The notes below the pieces were generated by a model, which did no database searches, had not been told where the DNA came from, and saw nothing but the letters and a program-made list of their open reading frames with translations. The translations under genes were made by a program, and so were the position numbers. A stretch of 63,972 bases of DNA, the filler included, from Basidiobolus ranarum (lineage: Eukaryota): assembly GCA_040143965.1 (NCBI GenBank). It is 36 parts of 36 records of this genome, joined end to end, with 100 filler letters (N's around TTAATTAATTAA, not from the genome) between each part and the next. Parts side by side here need not be neighbours in the genome. Positions count along the whole stretch, not along the records: positions 26,779 to 28,459 come from JASJQH010011442.1; positions 28,560 to 30,239 come from JASJQH010011443.1; positions 30,340 to 32,019 come from JASJQH010011444.1; positions 32,120 to 33,798 come from JASJQH010011445.1; positions 33,899 to 35,577 come from JASJQH010011446.1; positions 35,678 to 37,356 come from JASJQH010011447.1; positions 37,457 to 39,133 come from JASJQH010011448.1; 29 more parts are not named here. One strand, given 5' to 3'. Shown here one piece after another: positions 26,779 through 39,233 of the stretch; the stretch's first letter is position 1; every line of letters begins with the position of its first letter.

Positions 26779-26935
26779 GGAATGTTCCAAAGAACATGAC
26801 TTCCATATAAGGTAATATGGATGAACTGACACCAGATTGCCGAGAAGGGATGGCACAGTAGATATGATGTCATAATCTAATAATAGAAGGGTTCCATATG
26901 CAGTGGATCAGTATGCCGAGATCAGAATCATGACA
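26779..26935 (+). mobile_element. End of LTR family G (probably Gypsy)
   Basis: Matches 42226..42382 and ends ATCATGACA. Confidence 0.75.
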
Positions 26936-27565
26936 CCTACTCTCTGATTGTCTGGTATTTCTCTTGAATATAACTTGTATCTTAAAAAAGCAAATTGTGC
27001 TTTAACTCAAGGTTTTGTTAAGATGTAAACAATCATTTCTTGAATAGTGAAGCTTTTTAGAATGTCCAAGATGTTTCTAGACTGATTCAGCACAATTTTT
27101 GGATTCATTTTATCTCTCAAGGTTTAGATTCCTTGGTAATAACTTAATTCACCCATATCTGTCATTTGATATTGATTTGATAAGCTGCTTTTTCTCTGAT
27201 TAAGTTACATTAAATCATTGGTGGCTATTTTCTAGTGGACCATACAGAGTGCCAAGATAAGGATCCTATATATTGATGTGTTGACTTGTATACTGTGATC
27301 TGCTATGCATTTTTAGAAACCTGGTGAATCTAAATAAGTATCTATCTGGTAATAACATGCCCTGGGTGCTAGCTTGAGTCCATATGAAGATTTTTGCAGC
27401 TTACAGACCATGACAGGTTGTTAGGGGCCAACTAATCCATCTGGCTGTTCCATACAGAACTTTCCTTCAGATTACAATTCAGAAAGGTTGTTTGTATACC
27501 TATTCAATGCAATACACAGTGATGGATGGCTTAGAGTTCCCAGATTGCGCTACAGGAGCTAAACC
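26936..27565 (-). mobile_element. Copia RT remnant
   Basis: The reverse strand gives YGLKLAPRA, ILILALY and QMTDMGEL; similar to 10130..10626. Confidence 0.85.
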
Positions 27566-27569
27566 TATG

Positions 27570-28459
27570 TAAAACCATCACAATCTTAATCTATTTTGGA
27601 CTGACTGTTCACTTACCATCATAAACCTATCAAGTTAGATTTGATTTTAAGCAATTTTTCAGCTTCAGGAGTGAAATTTCTAGATCTTGCAAAATAGTTG
27701 CACATGATTGGCTACATTCTCAGAAAATTATGGATCAACACATGTGAGAAAAATGAAACTCAAATATTACACAATTGCCACATGAATTTGTCACCTTCAA
27801 AACCATTAGTTTCTTTGAAATATTCTCGTGAATATTGTTCAGACCTCTTTATACTCAAGGTTTGGCATATGTCCAACACAAGTTTATATCAATATCTCCA
27901 TCAAAGCACCACCTTTGTATTCCTGTTGCTGAATTAATACTCTTCCAGCTATCTGGTGGATACCTTGCAATATTGTGCCATTCTGTATTAAGCTCTTCCC
28001 AGATATCTGCATGGTCAACACTAGACTGAATGTCAAGCTGAATGTTCTTCCTCTGAAGCCACTTTCTGCATACTTGCATTGCATTTTTCCCTTCATACTT
28101 TTGAAAATACTTCTCAAGCACTTTGACTATTTTTGTATGTCCTTGTAGTGTGACACTACTGAGGGTGCTTTGTGGTGTTTGTGTGGCTTTTTGCTTGCCT
28201 TTACCTTTGGGACTAATTTCAACACTTTGAAAAGTACCAGTTGAGGTTGGAGAGCCATGAGTTTTATTTGCTGGTGTTTTGGCTTGTTGAGAGGTGCCAG
28301 GTGTTGGATAAACTTCCAAATTTGGCACTCTTCCAACTGGTGTACCCAGTTCCATGGTGAAATTAAGCTTTTTTGCCAGTATATCTGACTCTGGAATTGC
28401 AGATCTTTGTAATGGTGTGAAGAATTTGGTAAGTGGGACAGTAGAGCCTAAACTCACTG
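27570..28459 (+). mobile_element. CACTA left region lacking TIR; ORF2 C-half on minus
   Basis: The 200-aa ORF 27855..28457 (-) matches other ORF2 copies. Confidence 0.9.
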
Positions 28460-28559
28460 NNNNNNNNNNNNNNNNNNNNNNNNNNNNNNNNNNNNNNNNN
28501 NNNTTAATTAATTAANNNNNNNNNNNNNNNNNNNNNNNNNNNNNNNNNNNNNNNNNNNN

Positions 28560-30170
28560 AAGGTTAGCCCCTAACTGAAAGGAGACCTAAAAGCTGCCCA
28601 AACCCCACAAAGCCCCCTCAGTAGTGTCACACTACAAAAACATACAAAAATATTAAAACTGGTTGTGGAGTTTTTCAAAAGTATGAGTGGAAAAATGCAG
28701 TGCAAGTGTGCACAACAATGCTTCAGAAGGAGAATATATACCTTTACATTCAGTCTGGTGGGCTTTGATGTAGATATTGATACAAAGTTGTGTTGGATAT
28801 GAGCTAAGCTTTGAGTAAGAAGAACTCTTCAAAATTATTCTGAAAAATCATATTTAGAAGAATATATCAAAGAAGCTAGGGATTTTAAAAGTAACAGGTT
28901 TGTGTTCAAGTGGTACATGTGCAAAATTAAGTTGGGTTTCTAGCACATATGTTGATCCATAGTCTTCTGAGACTGGAGCCAATCATATTCAACTAAATTG
29001 CACAATGTTGTATTGTCACTCCTAAAACTGAAAAAATTGATTAAAATCAAATCTAACTTGACAATTTTATGATAGTAGAAACATGGTCAATTCACAATGG
29101 AATCAAATTGCATCAGCATTCTTACAATAACAGTCCTTCAAATTCCAATGGTATATGCAGAGCTCTTTGATAGTTGGCAAAGTAGGCATTTTGGAAGTTC
29201 ATGGTCCTGATGGTAAGTTTGATGAACTTTACTCAACAATTGATTAACTATGTAATTTGTGAACTGTAACAATTTCACCTGCATTATTGCTAGAAAGGAA
29301 CACATTTTTAAGGTCATTGATGCTTTGTTGCCACTCAAATTAGTTTCTGGCATATTAGTGCCTTCCAAAGTGGATAGTGCTTCACTGGACTGCACCGCAT
29401 TTAGGTCCTCTGTTCTTGCTGGTTTTGTCCTTTCATGCTGTCAGGCTTATGCTTGGATGCCAATTTTGATTTAGATTTTGAATGCTTTTTTAATGGCAAT
29501 TCAATATTAAGATGGTAAACTTGGTATAATGAAAATGCTTAGAAAAAACTTGTCATAAACCACAGTTGCTAACCATCACTGGAAATATCTTGTCAATTTC
29601 ATGATGACTCTTCTGTGACCACAGGTCAGAATCAGCTGATGATATTGAAAGAATAAATCTGAAATACTGTCCTTATGTAGTGAGTGTTTTTTTTTCTGTA
29701 AATACCTTCCCATGCTGCAACACAAATATTCAAAGAAGCTAAGCTAATATCATCATAGTTTCTTATGCTATAAAAGCAGGAGGCTTCATGGAAAAAATAA
29801 GCACAACCACAGTCATGGTACAAAGGTACTAGCTGCACAAAACCTGGTGAATATCAACAGTAATCAGTGCACAAAATCAACTCTGGTTTTTCCCCTGAGT
29901 CCACTGGCTGAGCTTTGCCTCAAAGTTTTAGCAACATTGCCTCAAGACAAGATGCCATGGAGTTATCACAGTTATGTGACCAGAATGATGTATGTAGATA
30001 TTGAACTTTGGTTGAACCAGTAAGTCAAAACAACTTTGAGGACTTGCTGCCAGATGTTGAACTTGGTTATTCCAGTACCAATGGTAGTATATCAGATGTT
30101 GAAGAAAAAGACAATGGTTTTTTACCAACTCTTTGTTATTGGCAAATGTTAGTCCATATATTGAAAGTAA
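28560..30170. mobile_element. Old CACTA left end (rc, to ~29146) joined to a central region with ORF2 ATG (29436, -) and transposase ATG (29712, +)
   Basis: The reverse of 29150..29310 aligns to the ORF2 5' part at 41551+. 29500..30170 aligns to 55330..56010. Confidence 0.82.
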
Positions 30171-30340
30171 TAATTGCACCAAAATAACTTTAGTTTTACC
30201 CACTTGGTCCATTGGCTATGCTTTATCTCAAAGCTTTGTNNNNNNNNNNNNNNNNNNNNNNNNNNNNNNNNNNNNNNNNNNNNTTAATTAATTAANNNNN
30301 NNNNNNNNNNNNNNNNNNNNNNNNNNNNNNNNNNNNNNNG

Positions 30341-30520
30341 AAGCCCATCAATAAAAATGGAGAGATGGGCACCGTCACAGTCGGCAAGGGACTTGTCAAC
30401 TATTCCAGTAAGGAATTAAATCGCATCAAGGGATGTAAAGAAGCCATGGTATCTACACTACTTGGTTACAACGTATCACCAATGGTTGTTGAACGAAAGA
30501 ATTATGTCACCCTCGTGTAA
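30341..30520 (+). CDS. PRO1: Glutamate 5-kinase, C-terminal (PUA domain) fragment
   Basis: Manual translation ...VGKGLVNYSSKELNRIKGCKEAMVSTLLGYNVSPMVVERKNYVTLV* fits the G5K PUA tail. The 5' part is cut by the contig edge; not in the ORF track. Confidence 0.88.
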   Translation, partial: KPINKNGEMGTVTVGKGLVNYSSKELNRIKGCKEAMVSTLLGYNVSPMVVERKNYVTLV

Positions 30521-31025
30521 ATAGAATAGAATATATTATTAATGTAATATCTGAGAAACAACCAATAAATTTATTAACCTATCATAATATTTAAACGTGA
30601 AATATTCATTAATTAATTACCTGTTTAAAAAACTGTGAGCCAGGCCTTGGCATAATATATTAAGTAAGCAGGGGCAAGAGATATGGAGTAATAAACAAAA
30701 ATAAACCACCATTGCGGTCTAGAGATTAGCTAATAATAATTTCTCTAAAAGTTCCTTCGGTCTACTCCGACATGGTCCAATATGGCCCGTTCGAAATTAC
30801 CGCGAAATAGAAAATCAGGTCCAAAAAGTAAAGTACCGGACTGTTCTCGAATTTGCCGGATCAAATTCTTCTATTTTGGGTGGAGTATCTACGGAATCTA
30901 GTGGGCTACTCCAATTTACGCTTTATAACATCAATCAAATAATAGCACGCAAGACACTCTTAGAATAATAACAATAATAGTGATGTAAGGTACGGGCTCT
31001 TTAATATGCCATGGGCAAGATGCCA

Positions 31026-31130
31026 GGACCAAACTGGTACATGTGAATTCCAATCTGCCATTAAGATCATATTTGGAATTTCTTTTATTCAAGCCTGTGG
31101 TACATATCCGATCCAATCTATATAGGAATA
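31026..31130 (-). pseudogene. Possible non-LTR retrotransposon APE endonuclease relic
   Basis: The reverse frame EIPNMILMADWNSHVPVWS resembles the ILxGDFNxHHPxW motif. Flanks contain stops. Confidence 0.4.
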
Positions 31131-31829
31131 ATAGAAACCAATCTAGTAAGATGCTTAGCAATTCATGGGGACATTCGGCGATTGACGAGGGTTTCAAGGT
31201 AATATATTCCCTGACAGATGGATTCCATAAGTACCTCATATGGGCATCCAGTCAAAAACTAACCATGAGGAGCAATCATCTAACTTTCATTCTAGAATCT
31301 GAAATACCGAACTTTAATTTATATAGGAGATCCTTTGTAGAGTATTCTTTAAGATATCCCTATCTATGTAGATCTTATCTTCCAAGATCCTGATTGGCCC
31401 AGTTGATAGTTGATGGATGAATTATAAATAAAAGTTACGCCAGTGGTTATACTCAGCCTATGAAACACAGGAGATGAAGCAAGGGATAAACCGACAGCCA
31501 GGCGTGGACGTCCACCAAATAGTGTTTAATGTACTATGTAATATTATACGAACAGGTAGCGCGGAGCATTCGCATAACTATTATGACATCATATCGTGGT
31601 CTGAGGAAATCAAGAGCCCTGTAATCAAACTTCATTGTATTCCCCGCTAAATTACGCAGTATATTTTGTATAACTATATTGAGCCATGATTCCCGAGTTT
31701 ATCTTATGCAGTTGGACCGAAGTGAATTTGCCACCCACATCTCAACTTATATAAAGGGTGCCGCTCGAACCTAGAATTCTTCACTTCAGAGTGTAACCAC
31801 TATTACTCTTATAACACGTACAATACAAC

Positions 31830-32019
31830 ATGATTACCAGTATCGAAAATCAAAGTAATAATCAAGGCTTGACCATCGTGCTCAAATTGGGTACCTCGTC
31901 AATCTGCGATGAGATCACCCACATGCCACAGCTAGCCAATCTCTCTCCCAGCGTCGAAACGATCGTCAAACTGAAGGCTCTTGGTCACCGTGTCGGCTTG
32001 ACCACCAGTGGAGCTGTTG
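31830..32019 (+). CDS. PRO1: Glutamate 5-kinase, N-terminal fragment
   Basis: LTIVLKLGTSSICDE...VETIVKLKALGHRV...SGAV. A TATATAA box lies ~80 bp upstream. Truncated by the contig end. Confidence 0.92.
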
Positions 32020-33037
32020 NNNNNNNNNNNNNNNNNNNNNNNNNNNNNNNNNNNNNNNNNNNNTTAATTAATTAANNNNNNNNNNNNNNNNNNNNNNNNN
32101 NNNNNNNNNNNNNNNNNNNAATACGTTTGGATGAGTTAAAAGAAAACTAAACACTAAAGTTACAAGGATGAGGTAAAAGGGGAGCGTTTGAGAAATATAT
32201 AGTGACCTTACTATCCCTTACTAGGGGATCTTACCCGAGTGCGCAATTTTCATATTCTTCACCTAAAAACATATTATTACTGTCGACACAAAGTAGCGCT
32301 TTTCTTAGATTCTTTTTTTTTCACTGTTCAAAAAAATTAGGCTTAAAAGTACTGAGATATTTATCGAATTCGATTAGATCTCAATATTTTATTGTAGGAG
32401 AAAAGTGGTAAATAAGGGAATTATCACTGTCATCATTAAGGAATAATATCAATAGGATCATGTCTTTTAACTCACTTTTTAATAGCTGGAATGTTTGTAG
32501 GGATTTTAAATGGCATCTACTTGTGAAATCCAGTTTGGACTGATACAAGAAAAAAGGCTCAGTTGTACTGTCTGGAGTAAGGTTGATTCAGTCTAGATTA
32601 ACATCTAGCTCAAATGAAGAAATGTATTCCGAGTAGGTAAAACACGATACAAGAGAGTCGTATCACTTCCTCTAATATTTGGCCCCTATACTTTTCCGTC
32701 ACTCCCGTTTGACTAAACAAATCTTTACCCTAACCCCCTTAGATGCTATCAGCATTAATTATGCGTTATTAATGCTTGATTTGATGTTCATCTTAGCGTA
32801 TGGCTGAATAGCCTGATACACGAGGTGCAAAGATACTAGGGATTTTAGGAGTAGGTAAGTCAAAAATTATTATTGTAAAAACACAAAAAATACAAAATGG
32901 CCGATGAACTCTATTTACAAATTCAAGTCCGTAACCAAAAATTCTTTTGTAGTGAGTGAAAGCAACACTTCCTAGTATGTATATGTGTATGTATGTATTA
33001 TCAACTCTAGGTGTTTCTTTGATAAATCTTTTGTTCA

Positions 33038-33752
33038 CTAACGTCGTCTAAACCATGAAGATACCCATCTTCTTACTCGTATATTATCGCGGACAGACTC
33101 GGAGTATTGAGCCATTGAATCTGTGTTACTGGTAGTGTTTGTTCTTCTTGACGAGGCTGCTATCGAATTGTTGCGTTGACTGCTTCCAATTTGACGCTCT
33201 GGTTGTTGGCGTAGAACCGGAGTCGATGAGATAATGATACGAGGAGGGATTGGACGAAGTCGGAAAAAATAACTAAAAACAACTGCTTAATGATCACTGA
33301 TGTATGTATTTACGAGTTAAATGTACCTACCATAATATAACAAACTCTATAACCATCATACTCTCAAAAAATATGACTTCTATATACTCGTAGCTCGTTG
33401 ATAGAAAGAAAAAAAACATGATGCGCACCTATTGTAAATCTAGATTAGACTAGTCATTATAGAAATCTTGCCGTCAAAAAACTTCCTAGTACCAGGTAGT
33501 TCGCAACCCCCATAAACAGAGTAATCTTAAAGGAGACACTGAAATGATCACGTTAGTCTTTATCTCGTAATACAAAAGTTAACTGGGCACATACTGTAGT
33601 AACTTCCATTTGTTCTGGTACGCAGATATAAGTTCTTGAGTACTTTCATCTCGTTTCAGCTGGATAATATAACCATGTAGAGCAAACAAATGATGTCTGA
33701 AGCTACATGCCATGTAGAAATATACCATGAAGTTGAATACTACCACTGATAT
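33038..33752 (-). CDS. 3' part of a spliced multi-TM protein, possibly GOST/LUSTR (GPR107/TMEM87/PTM1-like); exons 33752-33595, 33538-33493, 33428-33331, 33272-33038
   Basis: Three 56-64-nt GT-AG introns (ACTAAC and CTAAT branch sites in two) splice to an open frame with three hydrophobic helices. It ends YLVRIMFF...ESMMVIEFVILCYFFRLRP plus a Ser/Arg tail. The family call is by resemblance only. Confidence 0.75.
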
Positions 33753-33898
33753 CTATAGGACATAGTGTCAGCTGCGGCCACTTGTTGATTAGTTACATNN
33801 NNNNNNNNNNNNNNNNNNNNNNNNNNNNNNNNNNNNNNNNNNTTAATTAATTAANNNNNNNNNNNNNNNNNNNNNNNNNNNNNNNNNNNNNNNNNNNN

Positions 33899-34129
33899 CA
33901 AACTAATGTGTAGAATGTGTTAAGGAAGGTCCCAGGAACATGTGTGCAGAGTTTGGGGCTTCTAGCACAAGTTTGAAAAATCTATATATCTGAGAACTTC
34001 TAAGTTGATAAAAGTATTCTAAGTAAATTCTAATTGAGAATAATTGATAATATCATAGTGAACTATAAGATAACTAAGTAATAAGCTATATATGACTATT
34101 TAGGTGTTTATACAATACTAATTTCAACA
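33899..34129 (-). mobile_element. LTR family B (partial)
   Basis: Reverse complement of 42966..43195. Confidence 0.88.
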
Positions 34130-35442
34130 AAAATTACAATCTCTGGAAGTTCAAGATGCAAATCATGCTGGAAGACAGGGAGCTTTGGGATGTAGTCTCT
34201 GGAGTGAAAAGGAACCTTCTGACCTTTTTTTTTTTGGGAGCTTACAAGAAAAGAGACAAGAAGGCCTTTAATGTCATTTGTCAAAGTTTGAAGGATTCAC
34301 AACTTGTAAATATTCAATATGCAAAGACTTCCAATCAAGCATGGACTATATTGGAAGAGTGTTATGAAGCCAAGAGTCTTGCTAATAGAATCTCTCTCAG
34401 ATGAAAATTCTTCAATATAAAGATGGAATAGTCTAATAGCAAGGTTACGCATATTGCAAATGTGAGATCTTTGGCAAAACAACTAGAAAAAATTGGTGCA
34501 ATGCAACAGGAAGAAGAGTCATTATTACCCTTCTAATTAGTCTACCTGAACATTATTCAAACTTGGTCACAGCTTTGGAAGCAGGATCTGGCAGGTTATC
34601 TTTGGAGTTTGAGATGGCAAGACCAAATGGATTAACCCCTCAGAAGTAAGAATTTGGAAAATGAATATGAGGAAGTGGCTCTTTTTGGAGCTAGAAAACA
34701 TAGCTTTGGCAAGGCCAAAGGTTACAGAAGAAGGAAATCAGGTATTTGCTATGGTTGTAGCAAACTAAGATATCAGCTAAAAGATTTTAAAATAAGAAAT
34801 TTCAACAAAAACAAGAAGTCAGAACAAGAAAATCAGGTTTCAACAAAAGATAAAGTTTAATTCATATCTCCCCTATCAGTGACATCTGAACATGACTGTA
34901 GGATATGGAATGTTGATTCTGAAGCCTATCAACATTTTTCTAATCCAAAAACTGGCTTAAGACACTCAAAATTGACATAAATAAGAAGCTTTATATGAGA
35001 GATGACTGGCCACTAGAAGCTCTGAGAGTGGGCAAAATTGAACTGAATCTTGGGGTCATTTCTGGCAAAAGTATTTGAAACTGAAAAATGTGCTATATGT
35101 GCCTAGGTTAGCAAAAAGTTTGTTATCAGTGAATAAAGATACATCTGAGGGATATAGCTTAAATTTTGATCAAAATGGCTATAAAATCAGGGATCAAAAA
35201 GGTAATTATGTAGCTTCTAGAGCTAAGCAAGATAATTTGTATAAACTTCATTTTATGAGGCCAAAATATAAACAATTTAACACTACCACAGCTGTAGAGA
35301 TAGACTTAACAATCTGGCATAGGTGATTGGGTCTTCAAGGAGCAAAAAATATGAGTAATTTAATCAAAAACAAGATGGTTTTGCAACTAAATCTTTTATT
35401 TCAACCAGATCTGGAGCTTGGTGAAGGTTACCTATATGATAG
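34130..35442 (+). mobile_element. Copia gag, protease and GAG-pre-integrase remnant
   Basis: NYNLWKFKMQIMLEDRELWDVV, a decayed zinc knuckle (CYGC), LKNVLYVPRLAKSLLSV and IWHR. Confidence 0.92.
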
Positions 35443-35577
35443 TGTTGGAGGATCTTGACATAATGGGGGTAGACTTTGAGTATTAGAAGCAACTTATGAT
35501 AGTGTGTTTTAGTTTGTTTATTCTTAAGAGTATATGGTGACTTATATAGTAGAAAAGTAAATCAATTGTTTGAGATA
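35443..35577 (-). mobile_element. LTR family A (partial)
   Basis: Matches 2874..3008. Confidence 0.88.
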
Positions 35578-35727
35578 NNNNNNNNNNNNNNNNNNNNNNN
35601 NNNNNNNNNNNNNNNNNNNNNTTAATTAATTAANNNNNNNNNNNNNNNNNNNNNNNNNNNNNNNNNNNNNNNNNNNNCTTACCTTCATATCCTGGAGCAA
35701 TAATACGCTCATTAGGATCTTTAGCTG

Positions 35728-37356
35728 CTTGTCTTTCTTTTCCAAGTCAATAATTAAATACATTTTTGAGATGTTTAAAGAATTGGCCTATTCTAGCCCA
35801 ATTGCTGTTTGCTTGCAAAAACCCAGGATAAGCCACACAACTTCAGTCAAGAAACTTCAGACTAACACCTGGTATTTGGTTTTTCCACAATTGGCTCATA
35901 TCCAGGTGATTTTGGGCAGGATTTGGCACAGCTTCCAAAATATTAAACCACTCAAAATCAGAGCAAGTGACAGCAGCTCTGACATTCAGAGTGTTTTGGT
36001 TTGCCAATTTTCGTATGAGATTTCTACTTTTGTGTGCCCAAATAATATCTGGTTACTGTGTAGGCTTAATGGTCCAACACATATTCTACTCTGCTAGATT
36101 GTCATGGAGATGTTCATATGTATGAGTGGAATTGATTGAAAGCCCATATGAGAAAGGACAGATGGAAAAGCATGTTCCTGTAGCTCCAGTACAGCATTCT
36201 GAGGGTCTTGTATCATTGTTGAGTGACTCTCTAACTGTTGACCAGTTGCTTCCAAACTCTGCAATAATTGCAATATTGCGGCATTATTGCTTGTCATAGC
36301 CTGTATAGTAACTTCATAGTTTTACTTATGATTGCATTCTAATCATTACGGTGTTCTGCCTGCAATTCCCTTATTGTAATAATTCTATCCAAATGTTTGA
36401 ATTGATTGGGAAAATGCTTGAAAACTTCAAGAAACCATCAAATTTTACCAGGACTCCCATCAATATCCACTCATATAGGTATTAATTCAAATGCAAAGAC
36501 TGAAAGTATTGGATTTGTATATATTGAAGTGGAATCTTCAAAAGATTTCTGCTTCATAAGTATTGGCAATATTGGGAGCTGTTTATGGTTATTGTTAATA
36601 TATTCTTATGGCATCAACTCACAATGGCAGATATTAGGCAGATGTAGCAACTATGCAAAGATTTTGCAATTGGATATTAAAACTTTTTTACAGGTTTAAA
36701 AAAGAAAGCCTGAATCTATGCCAGTATTCAATACATTCCCTGCTGCATCTTTCACCATGCTTAGAGATAATAGGCCCTTGCTATACATTCCAGGAGTTCC
36801 CAATGGAGCACACCTGTGGTGAAATGATGCTCCATGGGAAATTGTCAATAATACCATAAGCTAATCTGATTAACAATGTATCAGCAAAATCAGTGATGGA
36901 TGTAATATGAAGAGTTCAGAAGACTCCAGAGTATATTAATCTGCCAACAAAGGGCTCTTTTTATGTGCTCATGGGTTTTTGCTTTGTTTGAGTACAATAA
37001 CAGCAACAAAGCCCAATCCATGGACACAGAGTAAGTACCTTTATAATTGGACTAATTTGTTTGTGTGATAATCTGACGGAATTTTTAGGAAAGCTGCAAG
37101 ACAGTCTTCTTGGTGAGATAGATGGAGATACGCAGTATTATTGTTTTAGCCATGGGGTAATCTATTCAAGCAATGACATATCTACTTGTGGAAGGACATT
37201 TGTTGACTGCAAGTTGGGGAGATACTGGCCAAATTCTTTACGGAAATTTGCCAAAATCCAGGAGCTTATTCTCATTGTGAACAGTAACAAGAGTCAGCTA
37301 TTTGCCAAGTGTCAGTGCTATTCAAAATTTCAGATGTTTAGCAATTTTTCCACCAT
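35728..37356. mobile_element. Internally deleted CACTA: ORF2 (-, to ~36395) fused to transposase mid-region (+)
   Basis: HSLLHL...IIGPCYTFQEFPME at ~36733..36808. Confidence 0.88.
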
Positions 37357-37456
37357 NNNNNNNNNNNNNNNNNNNNNNNNNNNNNNNNNNNNNNNNNNNN
37401 TTAATTAATTAANNNNNNNNNNNNNNNNNNNNNNNNNNNNNNNNNNNNNNNNNNNN

Positions 37457-37607
37457 TATATATAGATAGTCAGGTGATAGGGCACATGATAAAGTCACTG
37501 GATAAAGTCAGATGACTAGTTAGCGAGAATGATAAACTAAACAGATATTCATGCAAGTTGTATAGAAATGGCGTAAGTTAAACAACTTTGTATGTTGGTG
37601 CACAACA
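37457..37607 (-). mobile_element. LTR-like repeat family D (partial)
   Basis: Reverse complement of 51184+, with the same TGTTGTGCACC boundary in different flanks. Confidence 0.75.
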
Positions 37608-38450
37608 GCTGAATAGGTAGTAATGGAAAGTTGTTGAATGGTAAGTGCATGGTGCCTAATGGGAAGCTCCGGCTCCAGCTGATCCCCTTGAGCAATATAA
37701 TCTTAGGCTTATGGCTAATACCAAGTTTGATGTTAGATTGACTATTTGGTGAATTGATATCAGTAATCATGTTGAAATCTGATCAGGCTCTTGATGGTAA
37801 AATCATGTAGTTTAGTGTTGTATTTGGATAGTAGTAATGCATCTGCCTGTTAGAGTAAACTCCATTGATTTGACAAAATCTACAGCAAGATAGTTTACTG
37901 ATGGCAGGAGTGTCACCAATACATACAATGATATTAGCTTTAATAAAATATTCACCCATTTGAACCCCATTAGATAACCATTCAAATTCTGCAATCAAAG
38001 GCTCCAAGAAGCTATCTATAAGCATTGGTGATTTAGGTCCAAATATTATGGAAAGTATCAAAATATTATGACTCTTATACTGTTCAGAAGGAGGAAGATT
38101 TAAGTTGATTAAAATTATTAGCCTGCAAGCCTTTCCAAAGGTATATTTGTTTAGTGAGAAACCATCCAGATCCAATGCAAATGCAGGATCATATGTGTTC
38201 TCAAAGAAACCTTGACTTTTCAGATTCTGGTAGTGATATCCATCAAGTATATTAGTCATACCATCAGCTTTACGGTGAGTACTTGCACAACTATTTTGTG
38301 AGATCCTGAAATTTCACTCCTGAAACTGAAAAAATCAATTAAAATCAAATCTAACTTGACAATTTTATGATGGTTAGTAAATGGTCAATCCCAAATGGAT
38401 TAAAATTGTGAAAGTTTTCCTTCAATAACAATCCTCAAGTTTCTGTAGGG
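37608..38450 (-). mobile_element. CACTA transposase catalytic core (37608..38284) joined to a left end (rc)
   Basis: LDGFS, NLNLPPSEQYK, GPKSP, SFLEPL, GDTPA, CRFC and FPLGTMH motifs. Confidence 0.92.
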
Positions 38451-38843
38451 TACAAGATATGATTGGATATGGTTATATGTTGGATTGAATCATAACTTCT
38501 CCTAATACAGAAGGCTTTGATTTTAGCGTGTATGTAGACCATAAAGATATAAATACGGATATTCAGACGCAGATAAGCAAAATCAACAGTCTTATTCCGG
38601 GCATGAACATCACCAAGTTAATGGTCAAGGCCATCAGCATGGTTATTAGTCTTAAACTTTCTGTACCTTGGGACGAAAATATTTTTATGGATATTATGAT
38701 AATCAAGTGCAGGTAATTCTTGAAAACAGAGAAACATTCTAGTAATCTGAGAAGTAGACATCACCCAGAGTGAAATCTGGGAACTTTCAACCAGTTAAAG
38801 TATTTGGGAGCCTGTTATAAGTAGTTGGGATGATTAGAGTAAT

Positions 38844-39133
38844 CCCTAACAAAAATATAATTTTTGAATGGCAAATCACTGGGTTTACTGCTGTAGGAAT
38901 TTGAATTAATATGCAAGCCTTTATTTAGATATTTTAGGCTTTGTATTCCAGTCATAATGAGAATCAAAAAATACAAGAATCTTGTTGTGTTTAGTCTCTA
39001 CATATGCACATATTTGACTGACTAGACATAACTCAACAACATCAATATGCTTTACCAGCAAACTAATGGTAGAAAAATTGCTAAACATCTGAAATTTTGA
39101 ATAGCACTGATACTTGGCAAATAGCTGACTCTT
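38844..39133 (-). mobile_element. CACTA right end with subterminal deletion
   Basis: The TIR CCCTAACAAAAAT runs straight into ATAATTTTTGAATGG, skipping ~210 bp present at 57723+. Confidence 0.85.
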
Positions 39134-39233
39134 NNNNNNNNNNNNNNNNNNNNNNNNNNNNNNNNNNNNNNNNNNNNTTAATTAATTAANNNNNNNNNNN
39201 NNNNNNNNNNNNNNNNNNNNNNNNNNNNNNNNN

